Below are positions 1 to 9,087 of a stretch of DNA of 64,000 nucleotides, in pieces. The position numbers were made by a program, and so were the translations under genes. The notes beneath the pieces are model-generated. The model saw only the letters and a program-made list of their open reading frames with translations. It was not told where the DNA came from and ran no database searches. Position 1 is the first letter of the stretch, and each line of letters opens with the position of its first letter. The DNA is taken from contig JAFUGM010000065.1 in assembly GCA_017469355.1 (NCBI GenBank), forward strand, positions 29,263 to 93,262, written 5' to 3'. The stretch is from Solobacterium sp. (lineage in GTDB: Bacteria > Bacillota_I > Bacilli_A > Erysipelotrichales > Erysipelotrichaceae).

Positions 1-29
1 CCATATGATGTGCATAGAATAGGGGTCAT
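1..29 (-). CDS. Possible 5' end of a further gene of the PTS operon (MTPILCTSY..., runs off the window)
   Basis: ATG at 29 on the minus strand, preceded by GGAAAGG and 27 nt after the stop of the upstream oxidoreductase; only 9 codons visible. Confidence 0.3.
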
Positions 30-55
30 GTGGGTTACCTTTCCGAATTAAACTC

Positions 56-1048
56 TCAGTCGTTTGCGCCGCCGAAGAATATTCCAGCGTCCTTTCTCGC
101 GGTTTCCATCAGTTTCATGGTTTCCACCGTCTTTTCCATCATCTTATGGGAGAGTTCCACTTCACCTCTTTCAATCAGTTGATCCATTTTCCGAAACATG
201 TATTCCCTGGTATCGGGATGCTCGACCACATCAATCTTTACCGGTTCTTCCCCGTTCAATGTGAGGTAAATGTCCTGCATGTTTGCGGGCATGTTTTCAA
301 TACGGATGAACCCTTTGGTTCCCTGAATAAATGCCTGTTGCTGACCAGCGCAGTCCTTTGCGGTATAGCTGATTGCCTTGCAGGAACCATAATCCATCAT
401 CAGAACGCCAGAGACATCAATGCCGTTGTATCCGATATTGGGATAGTACTTGAAGGATTCCGGTACTCCAAACAGTTCTACGATCAACGAGATCGGGTAG
501 ATATTCAGATCATAAAGAGCACCGCCTGCAAGCTCTGGGGAGAAGACTGGAAGAACAGTTCCTTCAAGATATTTGTCATATCGGCGGGAGTATTGTGAGT
601 ATGCCATATGAACAATCTTGAGATCCCCGATTCTGGCGATTGCGTCACGTAATGCCTGAAGATTTTCGGTATATCTGGAAGGAGTGCAGTCAAGAAGAAT
701 TACATTCTTTTCCTTCGCGAGGTCTAGCAGTTCTTTCGCTTGAGCACCTGTGGTAGAGAAGGGCTTTTCACAAATGACGTTCTTACCTGCGAGAATGGAT
801 TTCTTCGCAAATTCATAGTGAAGAGAATTGATTACCGCTACATATACGGTGTCAAACGCATCACATGTCAGGAAACGATCAATGTCATAGTCGACATAAT
901 CTACCCCAAACTGTGCAGCGAGTTCTTTCGCCGCATCTACCTGGCGCTCCAGGCACCAGATTCCCTTCACAGTAATGTTGCTTTTGTTCTGAAATGTATT
1001 CAGAAATACGGTGGCGATCATTCCTGATCCGATCATTCCAACTTTCAT
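56..1048 (-). CDS. Gfo/Idh/MocA family NAD(P)-dependent oxidoreductase
   Basis: N-terminal Rossmann motif IGSGMIA, CEKPF motif, GGALYDLNIY; 330 aa. Confidence 0.9.
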   Translation of the reverse strand: MKVGMIGSGMIATVFLNTFQNKSNITVKGIWCLERQVDAAKELAAQFGVDYVDYDIDRFLTCDAFDTVYVAVINSLHYEFAKKSILAGKNVICEKPFSTTGAQAKELLDLAKEKNVILLDCTPSRYTENLQALRDAIARIGDLKIVHMAYSQYSRRYDKYLEGTVLPVFSPELAGGALYDLNIYPISLIVELFGVPESFKYYPNIGYNGIDVSGVLMMDYGSCKAISYTAKDCAGQQQAFIQGTKGFIRIENMPANMQDIYLTLNGEEPVKIDVVEHPDTREYMFRKMDQLIERGEVELSHKMMEKTVETMKLMETARKDAGIFFGGAND

Positions 1049-1105
1049 AGTTCAATCTCCTGTTTATGGGGAAAGGCAGTCAGAACTGCCTTTCCACTGT
1101 GTTTC

Positions 1106-1414
1106 TTACTTTGTGTTCTGCTCGATTGCCTCAATGATCTTTGGACCATTGGTAATGCATGCAGTAGAAGTTACATTGAAGATTTTCTTCCCTTCAAAAC
1201 GATCACGTTCACGAATCGGAATATCCTTTGTGAGAATTACCGCATCTGCTTCCTTTACTTCTTCCGGAGTAATGCGGTTATCAATTCCGAGCGCTCCCTG
1301 TGTTTCAACTTTGATTTCATGCCCGCGTTCTTTTGCGGCCTTCTCAATTCCTTCCGCAGCCATGAAGGTGTGCGCAACACCCGCTGCACATGCGGTTACG
1401 GCTAATAATTTCAT
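1106..1414 (-). CDS. PTS fructose/mannitol-family EIIB component
   Basis: VTACAAGVAHTFMAAE phospho-Cys motif, KVETQG; 102 aa. Confidence 0.93.
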   Translation of the reverse strand: MKLLAVTACAAGVAHTFMAAEGIEKAAKERGHEIKVETQGALGIDNRITPEEVKEADAVILTKDIPIRERDRFEGKKIFNVTSTACITNGPKIIEAIEQNTK

Positions 1415-1860
1415 TCCAGTCCTCCTGTGGCTTCTTCGATGAGAGCCAATAAGTCATCCTCATTGTCAATAGTGAAGAGTTTCTGCTTGAAGTCGTCATA
1501 GATTAACTGACGGGCAAGCTTGGCAAGAATCTTGAGGTGGATGTCACCTCCGGTTTCTGGAGCGGCGATTCCAAATACCAGCCGTATCGGCTGATCTCCG
1601 CCTTCCCAGGGAATTTCTTCTTTCAGCCTCATGAATACAAGACCTGGTTCATTGACGAAGGAGGTGCGTGCATGCGGCATCGCAATTCCATCGCCAAGAT
1701 TGGTAGAAATCTCTGCTTCCCGTTCATACACTGCTTTGCGATATCCTTCAAGATCATTCAGCTTTCCGGCATTAAACATGAGCTGTGCTGAATGAGCAAT
1801 TACTTCATCCTTGTTTTTGAGATCCACATTAATGGAGATCAGATCTTTGTTAATCAGCAT
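1411..1860 (-). CDS. PTS fructose-family EIIA component
   Basis: REAEISTNLGDGIAMPHAR (phospho-His), HLKILAKLAR; 149 aa. Confidence 0.93.
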   Translation of the reverse strand: MLINKDLISINVDLKNKDEVIAHSAQLMFNAGKLNDLEGYRKAVYEREAEISTNLGDGIAMPHARTSFVNEPGLVFMRLKEEIPWEGGDQPIRLVFGIAAPETGGDIHLKILAKLARQLIYDDFKQKLFTIDNEDDLLALIEEATGGLE

Positions 1861-1862
1861 AA

Positions 1863-2981
1863 TTAGAAGTCCAGATCGATTTCTTCACCCTTCTGGGTCA
1901 CAACTGCTTCCTTATCCGCATCAGCTGATACTTCCTTGGAATCATTCTTTGTCTTCTTGAAGAAAGTGATGAAGAGTGCACCGGCAACGATGCCGATGAA
2001 CCATGCGATCAGTGTTCCGAAGATATTGGTGTTTCCTGCAAGATTTGGCAGACCACCCCAGTTTACGATGGAGCCTGCACCTGTAAGACTTACTGCGACA
2101 ACACCGACAATCGAACCAATGATGCAGCCGGCATAGACAATCTTGTCAGAGAGAGCAAGAGGAATTGCACCTTCAGTGATTGCGAACAGTCCGAGGAATC
2201 CTGCGGCAGTTGCTGCTTCCTTCTCATCTTCTGTAAACACAGAAGGCTTCAGGAAACGTGCCAGGCAGCAAACCAGTGGAGGAATTGCGGATGTTGTGAC
2301 AACCATAAGAAGCAGACGCTGAGCAATCATGACTGGTAAGCCAGTTGCAGGATCGATCGTGGAAAGCATTGCGAGAGGAACTGCACCAAGTGCCTTGTTT
2401 CCAAACAGACCGAGGTCGAAGGAACCAAAGAAGCCGATGATGATAGCGAAGAGGATCAGGGACCCTGTGCTGAGGCCCTCTGCAAATGCGGTCAACCAGT
2501 TTGTGAATGCGGTGATGATCGGTCCCAATGTTGTCTGCATCAGCCATGCACCGATGACAGAGATCACTGTTGGAATAACGATGATGGACCAGAGCGCGGA
2601 GAAGTTCTTGTTTACCTTCACCTTTTTCATGAGAAGAGCAATGATACCAACGAAGAAACCTGCTGCGATTCCACCGAGGAATCCTGCCCCGCTGTCCTGA
2701 GCGACCTGTCCAATAATGAGACCCGGACCGATTGCGACTTTGTCAGCGATAGAGTAACCGATGTAAGCGGCGATGACTGCCGGCATCAGATTCAGACCAT
2801 ATTTTCCTAAAATGAAGAAGAAATAGCCGAGTGTGCCGGGAGCTTCCCACGGTGCTGTTCCACCGAACGCGACACCGAGTCCGCAGCAGATACCACCGAC
2901 AACAACGACGGGGATCAGGTAGGAGACGCCGGCCAAGATGTGTTTCTTGGCATCCTTGAAGACATTTAATACTTCTGACAT
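1863..2981 (-). CDS. PTS fructose-family EIIC permease
   Basis: KHILAGVSYLIPVVVVGG, GLFAITEGAIP and many TM segments; start reassigned to ATG 2981 (MSEVL) behind AGAAAGGG. Confidence 0.92.
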   Translation of the reverse strand: MSEVLNVFKDAKKHILAGVSYLIPVVVVGGICCGLGVAFGGTAPWEAPGTLGYFFFILGKYGLNLMPAVIAAYIGYSIADKVAIGPGLIIGQVAQDSGAGFLGGIAAGFFVGIIALLMKKVKVNKNFSALWSIIVIPTVISVIGAWLMQTTLGPIITAFTNWLTAFAEGLSTGSLILFAIIIGFFGSFDLGLFGNKALGAVPLAMLSTIDPATGLPVMIAQRLLLMVVTTSAIPPLVCCLARFLKPSVFTEDEKEAATAAGFLGLFAITEGAIPLALSDKIVYAGCIIGSIVGVVAVSLTGAGSIVNWGGLPNLAGNTNIFGTLIAWFIGIVAGALFITFFKKTKNDSKEVSADADKEAVVTQKGEEIDLDF

Positions 2982-3206
2982 AAACTTTAACCCTTTCTGT
3001 TTTGGCTTAACGCCTTGCACCTTTGTGCCTGTAACCACAAGATATACATGCAGGAAAGGGGTTTCAATACTTCGTTGGGGTGTTGTAAAAGTGTTCAATA
3101 AAAACATGCATGAAGACGAAAAAATCCTTGAACATTTTTACGCTTGCGATTAGATATATTTCTATACGACAACATTTGATGAATAATGATGCCGAAGGAG
3201 GTACGC

Positions 3207-4067
3207 ATGACAATTTCAGAATCTTTGGCAATACAGGAAAACTTTTCTGATTCGGAACGAGAAATCGCGGATTACATTCTTTCCCAAAAAGAGAAGATTC
3301 TGGAACAATCAGTTCATGACATCTGTGATGCCACATTCACATCCACATCTTCCGTGGTAAGACTTTGTCGGAAAATCGGATTCAGCGGGTACAAAGAGTT
3401 TAAAATCCGTTATGCCAGAGAACTGGAGCGTCGGATTGAATCCCTGGATGCAGTAGATCCGGATTTCCCGTTTGGGCCGAAAGATACGGTACTGGATATC
3501 AGTCAAAAGATGAATGTGTTAATGATTAATACATTAAATTCTACGTATGACATTCTTACCAGAAACTCCAAAAGTATCAAACAGGCTGCTGAACTGATCC
3601 TGCATTCCAATCGGATCTCTCTGATTGCAATGGGGGATTCCTACCTGAAAGGACAATTGTTTCAATCCAATATGATGAAGATTGGAAAAGTTGTTCTGAT
3701 GGCGAATGTGTTTGGTGAGAATTATTCTCATATCGATCTTCTGGAACCCAGTGATTGCGCGATTGTTATTTCTTACAGTGGTGATACCAAGCAGGTATAT
3801 GATGCGGCAAAGGTATTGAAACGCAGAGGAGTTCCTCTGATTGTAATAACTGCCAACGCAGAGTCCAAGTGTGGAAAGCTTTCAGGAATCTTGATCGATA
3901 TGCCAAATAAGGAAGAGAAGTGGAAAAAGCAGGCAACCTTTTTTTCTCAGATAGCAACGGAATACATATTGAATGTCATATATTCCTGTATTTATGTCAT
4001 GGACTACGAAAAGAGTACGAACATGCGTCACCGCTCCATTCAAGAATACAGTGACACAAGGTATTGA
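3207..4067 (+). CDS. RpiR/MurR family transcriptional regulator (HTH + SIS)
   Basis: FSDSEREIADYI...SSVVRLCRKIGFSGYKEFK, SIS motif ISYSGDT; RBS AAGGAGG before ATG 3207; divergent from the PTS operon. Confidence 0.92.
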   Translation: MTISESLAIQENFSDSEREIADYILSQKEKILEQSVHDICDATFTSTSSVVRLCRKIGFSGYKEFKIRYARELERRIESLDAVDPDFPFGPKDTVLDISQKMNVLMINTLNSTYDILTRNSKSIKQAAELILHSNRISLIAMGDSYLKGQLFQSNMMKIGKVVLMANVFGENYSHIDLLEPSDCAIVISYSGDTKQVYDAAKVLKRRGVPLIVITANAESKCGKLSGILIDMPNKEEKWKKQATFFSQIATEYILNVIYSCIYVMDYEKSTNMRHRSIQEYSDTRY

Positions 4068-4083
4068 AAAGGAGAATAATGGA

Positions 4084-4839
4084 ATGAACGCAAACATCAA
4101 GGAAATCGGACACGTAAGTTTCAAACTGAAAAACAAAGATGCATTTACAGACTGGTATCAGAATACTCTCGGTCTCAAGGTTGGATTTATTCTGCAGAAG
4201 AATCCCGGTGAGGATTACATTATTTACTACAATCTGAATCGTGGGCAGTTTATAGAGATCTTCCCGGAGACCAGTTTTCTGACCTGGGCGGATTACGATG
4301 GAAACAATCAGGAAGAAAAGTACAGCTATCAGTATGCCGTGCTTGGGACTGGTGAAGGAAAGCGGATGATCGATCCGGAAAACAATAAGTGGATTGTCAA
4401 TGAAGGCGAAAAGTATATTTCCAAAGTTGTTTACCATGTGAAGAATCTGGAACGCTCCATTCACTTCTATACCGATATTTATGAGCTGGATGTGGCACGT
4501 ATCGATGATACTACAGCGCATGTTATAGTGAATGAATATCAGGTGATTGAGCTCCAGGAATACGACTATCCGGAAAATAATTGCACTAATAATAAAGGGC
4601 AATGCCACTATGCTTTGATTGTGAATGACATTGTGAAATTCGCAGAAGACATGGTAAACAAGGGAATTCAGCTTTACCATGGACCGAAGCTGATGAATAA
4701 GCCATACACCGGGCCGTATGTTCTTGAAAAGCACTCGGAGAATACCTACAACTTCTATATGCAGGACCCGGATGATAATGAAATCGAGGTCATGTGCTAC
4801 AGTGAAGACAGCTTCCAGGTGAAGTACGCAATTCAGTAA
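4084..4839 (+). CDS. Two-domain VOC/glyoxalase family protein
   Basis: IGHVSFKLK, YHVKNLERSIHFYTDI, HYALIV, FYMQDPDDNEIE; start at ATG 4084 behind AAGGAG. Confidence 0.8.
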   Translation: MNANIKEIGHVSFKLKNKDAFTDWYQNTLGLKVGFILQKNPGEDYIIYYNLNRGQFIEIFPETSFLTWADYDGNNQEEKYSYQYAVLGTGEGKRMIDPENNKWIVNEGEKYISKVVYHVKNLERSIHFYTDIYELDVARIDDTTAHVIVNEYQVIELQEYDYPENNCTNNKGQCHYALIVNDIVKFAEDMVNKGIQLYHGPKLMNKPYTGPYVLEKHSENTYNFYMQDPDDNEIEVMCYSEDSFQVKYAIQ

Positions 4840-4841
4840 TC

Positions 4842-5753
4842 ATGTTGAAGCTGGCATTGGCAGGCCCGGGATATATTAGCCGCCGTTTTCTTGAAGGAGC
4901 CCGATATCTTAGTGATGTAAAGGTGGTGGCATTAATATCCAGGACACCTGAACGGGTTAAGGCATATGCGGAGAAGTTTGATATTCCTGAAGTGATGACC
5001 TATGATGCGTTTTATCAGAAGGAAGAGATTCCTGCTGTGTACGTATGCACGCCAACCCCATCACACTACGCGATTGTAAAGGCGTGTCTTTCTCATGGGA
5101 AACATGTTCTGTGTGAAAAACCGATGTGTCTTTCCTTGGAGGAAGAAGAGGAGTTGTTCGCATTAGCAGAAGAAAACCATGTGCTTCTTATGGAAGCGTA
5201 TAAAGCACTGTTCACACCCGCATATGACTTGATGAAGGAACTGCTGGATCAACAGGCCATTGGTAATGTGCGGTATGCCACAGGATGTTTTGCGCGCTCA
5301 GGAGATCTGACTCGTCTGCCGGAGCACTTTGGAAGGGATTATGTATATGATCTCAGCTGTTATCCGGTATCGTTTCTGTTATCACTCACAGGTAAGAAAG
5401 TGCAGTCAGCCGTGCACACCGAATTCGAACAGGATGGAAATGTGCTGAGCTCCAGTATTGATATGAGCTGCTCTGACGGATGTATTCTTAACGCCCGATC
5501 CTCTTTTCTCTACACCGATGAGATGGTGCGAATTTATGGTGAAACAGGAATGATTTCGTGTTATCAGTTCTGGCGTCCAAGAGAAGTAATCCTTGAATCG
5601 GAGGAAGGAAGAGAGGCTTTTCCGTTCGAATATGAAAGTGAGTTCACCTTTGAAACACAGCACTTTGCAGATTTGATACGTGATGGCTTTACGGAGAGCC
5701 ACATCGCTTCAAAATCACTTTCTTTAACCTCTTGTAAGGTGTTGACCAGATAA
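4842..5753 (+). CDS. Gfo/Idh/MocA family oxidoreductase
   Basis: LAGPGYIS, VYVCTPTPSH, LCEKPM; 303 aa. Confidence 0.9.
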   Translation: MLKLALAGPGYISRRFLEGARYLSDVKVVALISRTPERVKAYAEKFDIPEVMTYDAFYQKEEIPAVYVCTPTPSHYAIVKACLSHGKHVLCEKPMCLSLEEEEELFALAEENHVLLMEAYKALFTPAYDLMKELLDQQAIGNVRYATGCFARSGDLTRLPEHFGRDYVYDLSCYPVSFLLSLTGKKVQSAVHTEFEQDGNVLSSSIDMSCSDGCILNARSSFLYTDEMVRIYGETGMISCYQFWRPREVILESEEGREAFPFEYESEFTFETQHFADLIRDGFTESHIASKSLSLTSCKVLTR

Positions 5754-5785
5754 ATCGGTAACTTGTTTGGGGTGAGGATCCAGAT

Positions 5786-5913
5786 ATGAAAATCTGCGAG
5801 CTCATTTGACATACTTGCAATAAGTTTCGCTTTCAGAACAAGAATAAAGGCTGTAACTTTTGTGAGTTCAGAAATCCTCTTACTTGTCACAGCCTTATTA
5901 TCTGAATTATGAA
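5786..5913. repeat. 128-bp non-coding direct repeat, copy 1, with internal hairpin AAGGCTGT...ACAGCCTT
   Basis: Ungapped hand alignment to 7479-7606 with 12 mismatches in 128 nt. Confidence 0.92.
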
Positions 5914-6005
5914 ACGGCACCGGTTCAAAGTGTCGTTTTCTATATGCACGCCATAGTGTTGAGCTTACTGAAGCAGAATGTCAGTCCTTATTGGGCTGCC
6001 AGATT

Positions 6006-6488
6006 TTATAATGACCAGATCTTTTTGAGAATTTCTCGAGTTTGAATCTTCTTGTCAAAGATGTCTTCTGTCAGCCCAGATAAATCAAGAATTCGTTCAA
6101 TAACCCACTCTTCACTCTGCGTATGATAGACCTCATAGTTATCGGTTAATAATTTGAGATTGAAGGTTTTAATGAATTTCTTGCTTGATATTTCTCTTGT
6201 ATAGCAGATGTAGCGGGTAATGTATCCAAGCCAATGCATAACAGGTTCAGGCTGCTTACTCTTACCGTAATTGCTTTTGCCATATTCCTCTTCAATCTGT
6301 AAGAAACAATCCATTACGTCATAGGAAAACAGATGATTTTGATAATCATCCAGTTTTGACGCAAATCTGGAATGATAAAATCGCCGTAAGAAAATTGCGG
6401 ATGAACAATCCAGCTCATCAATAGAAGCAGAAAAGATAGCTGCCTGGTAAGAACAGAGTTTTGAACCATTAGAATCAAGCTCTTTCAT
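6006..6488 (-). CDS. Partner (putative antitoxin) of the DUF3990 protein
   Basis: 160 aa, 4-nt overlap with the upstream gene; MHWLGYITRY and YEVYHTQ...VIERI resemble a Firmicute family I recall as commonly annotated 'antitoxin'; AT-rich. Confidence 0.6.
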   Translation of the reverse strand: MKELDSNGSKLCSYQAAIFSASIDELDCSSAIFLRRFYHSRFASKLDDYQNHLFSYDVMDCFLQIEEEYGKSNYGKSKQPEPVMHWLGYITRYICYTREISSKKFIKTFNLKLLTDNYEVYHTQSEEWVIERILDLSGLTEDIFDKKIQTREILKKIWSL

Positions 6489-7336
6489 TTTAATATCTCG
6501 TCAATGTACTTTCCTTTTCCTCTGTATTCTCGCTTTGCAAGATCGAGTTTTGTCTGAATAATTTTGTTTCTGTCTATTGAAGAAAGGATAGAGTGGCTCC
6601 TTTCCTCGTCGCATAAATAGTATCGATCAAGAAAAATCAGAGAATTAATCGCCTTAGATGTTTTAAATACATACTGCTTACCCAAACGGGATGCGGAGAG
6701 TGAATGAAGTGCCTGTACGCTGGTAATTTCGCCATTTGAAAACTGATTCAATATTTCGAACATTTTATTATCCACAATCGGCGCAATGATTACATCTTTT
6801 CCGCTGAGCTTATCCAGGATGGAGCTGATATACTTGTGGCTTTGATAATTTGACAATTTGTGGCGGAAATAAGAGATGGCAAGCATCCAATCAAGGTCGC
6901 AATCAAATTCGAATGTTTTTAATCCGCTTAGATCTGCCTTGAACGCATAGACAGAAGATGATTGGTATTCTTCAACAAAACTGACTGCGGCTCCTAAGGA
7001 TTCTGAACAATAAAAGCCACGAGAAAAATCGGAAGTTAACCGAGATCCGTCTGCGGTAATCTGATCAATTCCGTATCTTGACCCGTGATAAAAAAGTTTC
7101 TCATTTCCTGTCAGGCTTTCTAGAAACAATTCGTTTTTTGCTTCTGAAAGAACATAACCGCTTTTGTAAATGTAGGAGTATGTTTTTTCGAGTACTTGAG
7201 GCGATGGATTACCCTCTAATGCATACAATAATGTCCTCTTACTGATTCCGATTTTTTCTGCCAGTGAAGTAAGATCATTACCTGATACAGTAAATATGAA
7301 ATCCACATCTTTTTTAAAGTCGTAGTTCATAATCAC
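6485..7336 (-). CDS. N-terminal HTH + DUF3990 (ADP-ribosyltransferase-like) domain protein
   Basis: LTSLAEKIGISKRTL HTH; FYHGS, DFSRGFYCS, WLxxIxxxR, DVIIAPIVD and LGKQYVFKTSKA match the DUF3990 pattern. Confidence 0.78.
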   Translation of the reverse strand: MIMNYDFKKDVDFIFTVSGNDLTSLAEKIGISKRTLLYALEGNPSPQVLEKTYSYIYKSGYVLSEAKNELFLESLTGNEKLFYHGSRYGIDQITADGSRLTSDFSRGFYCSESLGAAVSFVEEYQSSSVYAFKADLSGLKTFEFDCDLDWMLAISYFRHKLSNYQSHKYISSILDKLSGKDVIIAPIVDNKMFEILNQFSNGEITSVQALHSLSASRLGKQYVFKTSKAINSLIFLDRYYLCDEERSHSILSSIDRNKIIQTKLDLAKREYRGKGKYIDEILK

Positions 7337-7393
7337 ATTTTAATGTGAATGAAGTTCAATTACAACTTCTAGGTGCAAAATTGCACCTAGAAG
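7333..7393. promoter_or_regulatory. Two palindromic operator-like sites at the start of the DUF3990 gene
   Basis: TCACATT-tt-AATGTGA (7333-7348) and perfect 13-bp inverted repeat CTTCTAGGTGCAA-aa-TTGCACCTAGAAG (7366-7393). Confidence 0.6.
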
Positions 7394-7478
7394 ATTAGCG
7401 ATACCTTATGCGTAACGCAGAAGGACGCTTGTGATGTTTATGAATACAGAAATAGGGATTTAAGCATCTGATCTACTG

Positions 7479-7606
7479 ATGAAAATCTGAGAACTCATTT
7501 GACATACTTACAGTAAGTTTCACTTTCAAAACAAGAAAAAAGGCTGTAACTTTTGTAAGCTCAGAAATCTTCTTACTTGTCACAGCCTTATCATCTAAAT
7601 TATGAA
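7479..7606. repeat. 128-bp non-coding direct repeat, copy 2
   Basis: About 91% identical to 5786-5913; its right end overlaps the stop codon of the gene ending at 7600. Confidence 0.92.
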
Positions 7607-8064
7607 CCATGAAACAGGGACGCGAGTTCCTGTTTTGCCTCAGAGGCCGTTGGACTCACAATCAACACAGCGATATTGTCATTGGTATAAATGTATCCCT
7701 CATTTAACAATGCCAGCTGGTCTGGCGCATACTGAGAAGCACTGTTCTGTAATGTGGCCAGATAGTAGTTCAGGCGCTCCGATGCCTTAAGGGCAGTCGC
7801 TTCATCCACGGTTTCCACTACCACCAGAAGCTGTGCTCCCTGATCGGAAGCGAACGAGGAGTAGGCATCGATGATGTCTTCTTCCTGAAGACCGATTAAG
7901 CGGGCAGTAAGTTCACTGGATTGAGGGCTGACATTTTCCATATGATCGGAAAGCGATCGATATACGGTCTCCGCATTTACCGGTTCTGCTTCCGCGGTAT
8001 CTGCACCGCACGCAGTGCTGAACATCAGAAGAACCGTGCAGAGAATGGAAAAGATTCGTTTCAT
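7600..8064 (-). CDS. Lipoprotein, DUF4358-like
   Basis: Signal peptide with lipobox (MFSTAC-G); start reassigned to ATG 8064; YAPDQLALLNEGYIYT C-terminal pattern. Confidence 0.65.
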   Translation of the reverse strand: MKRIFSILCTVLLMFSTACGADTAEAEPVNAETVYRSLSDHMENVSPQSSELTARLIGLQEEDIIDAYSSFASDQGAQLLVVVETVDEATALKASERLNYYLATLQNSASQYAPDQLALLNEGYIYTNDNIAVLIVSPTASEAKQELASLFHGS

Positions 8065-8132
8065 TGGTGTGCCCTCCGAAGAAAAGTATGTTGTAATTAT
8101 AATACAGGTTTCAGATAACACAGGAGGCGGGT

Positions 8133-9068
8133 TTGACCACATTCAGGTACCGTATGTTCGAACATGCGGCGAAGCGATTGAAGATGAAGGAGAATCTGAG
8201 CGTATCCGGCGATGAACGGACACGTTTTCTTGCGCAGCTGCGTTCGCATCAGAGTGTGGAACTTCCCTATAAATATCTGCGTAAACATGCGGAAGTCGGG
8301 ACATTTACCTCTCGTAACTGTAAGACACTGATCCTGACCCCACATGAAAATCCATCCGGAATAGGAGTTCTGTATCTCTATGGCGGAGGCTTTCTCAATC
8401 CGCCAAGAATGGAAGATTATAAGCTGGCAGTGACATTGATGGAGGAAACCGGATGTGATATCTATTTCCCGTTATACCCATTGTTTCCTGATCATGTCAT
8501 GCATGAAACAGTAGAAGGGGTTATCGGGGCACTTGAGAAAATGGCTGGTGTCTATCCCCGTGGCCATACGGCAGTGCTGGGGTTTTCCAGCGGTGCTTCA
8601 CTTTGTATTTATACCTGGATGTACCTCATGCATGAAGGAATGGATCTGCCAATGCCAGAGCGTTGGCTGCTGAACTCTCCGGTATTACATATACCTACAA
8701 GTGACTCTGAAGCAGAACAGATGCGCAAGATCGACGCAGTGGATCCGGTTCTTCCTTCCACATTCTTTACGGAAGAGGGACTCTGTGGGCTTATGTATGA
8801 GCGGGAAGAACCTCGCTATCGCTATCTAGCGGATCCGTTATCTTATACACTTTCCGGAATTCCAAGGACCGATCTCTGGTATGGCACCCATGAAGTGCTG
8901 TCAGTTTATATGAATGAAGTAATACGGAAGGAAGAACTGGAAGATCTGCCGGTTACCATACATGAAGGAACCGGATTGATGCATTGTTGGGGATTATACA
9001 GTGCGTCAAAGGAATCCAGAGAAACAAGAAAGGAATATATCACCGCGATTCGTGAACTTGCGGTGTAA
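8133..9068 (+). CDS. Alpha/beta hydrolase (GDXG/HSL-like esterase)
   Basis: YLYGGGF oxyanion motif, GFSSG nucleophile elbow, GTHE, LMHCW; exact start uncertain. Confidence 0.8.
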   Translation: MTTFRYRMFEHAAKRLKMKENLSVSGDERTRFLAQLRSHQSVELPYKYLRKHAEVGTFTSRNCKTLILTPHENPSGIGVLYLYGGGFLNPPRMEDYKLAVTLMEETGCDIYFPLYPLFPDHVMHETVEGVIGALEKMAGVYPRGHTAVLGFSSGASLCIYTWMYLMHEGMDLPMPERWLLNSPVLHIPTSDSEAEQMRKIDAVDPVLPSTFFTEEGLCGLMYEREEPRYRYLADPLSYTLSGIPRTDLWYGTHEVLSVYMNEVIRKEELEDLPVTIHEGTGLMHCWGLYSASKESRETRKEYITAIRELAV

Positions 9069-9087
9069 CGAAATGAAGGAGGATGGT

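Noticed and set aside
5846-5897. Hairpin in the 128-bp repeat as an integron attC site
   Set aside because: The ends do not match RYYYAAC/GTTRRRY and no integron integrase is present; a bidirectional terminator is the simpler reading
5564-5920. 118-aa minus-strand ORF spanning repeat copy 1
   Set aside because: It overlaps a real gene antisense, and differences between the two repeat copies are mostly non-synonymous in this frame, so there is no sign of coding selection
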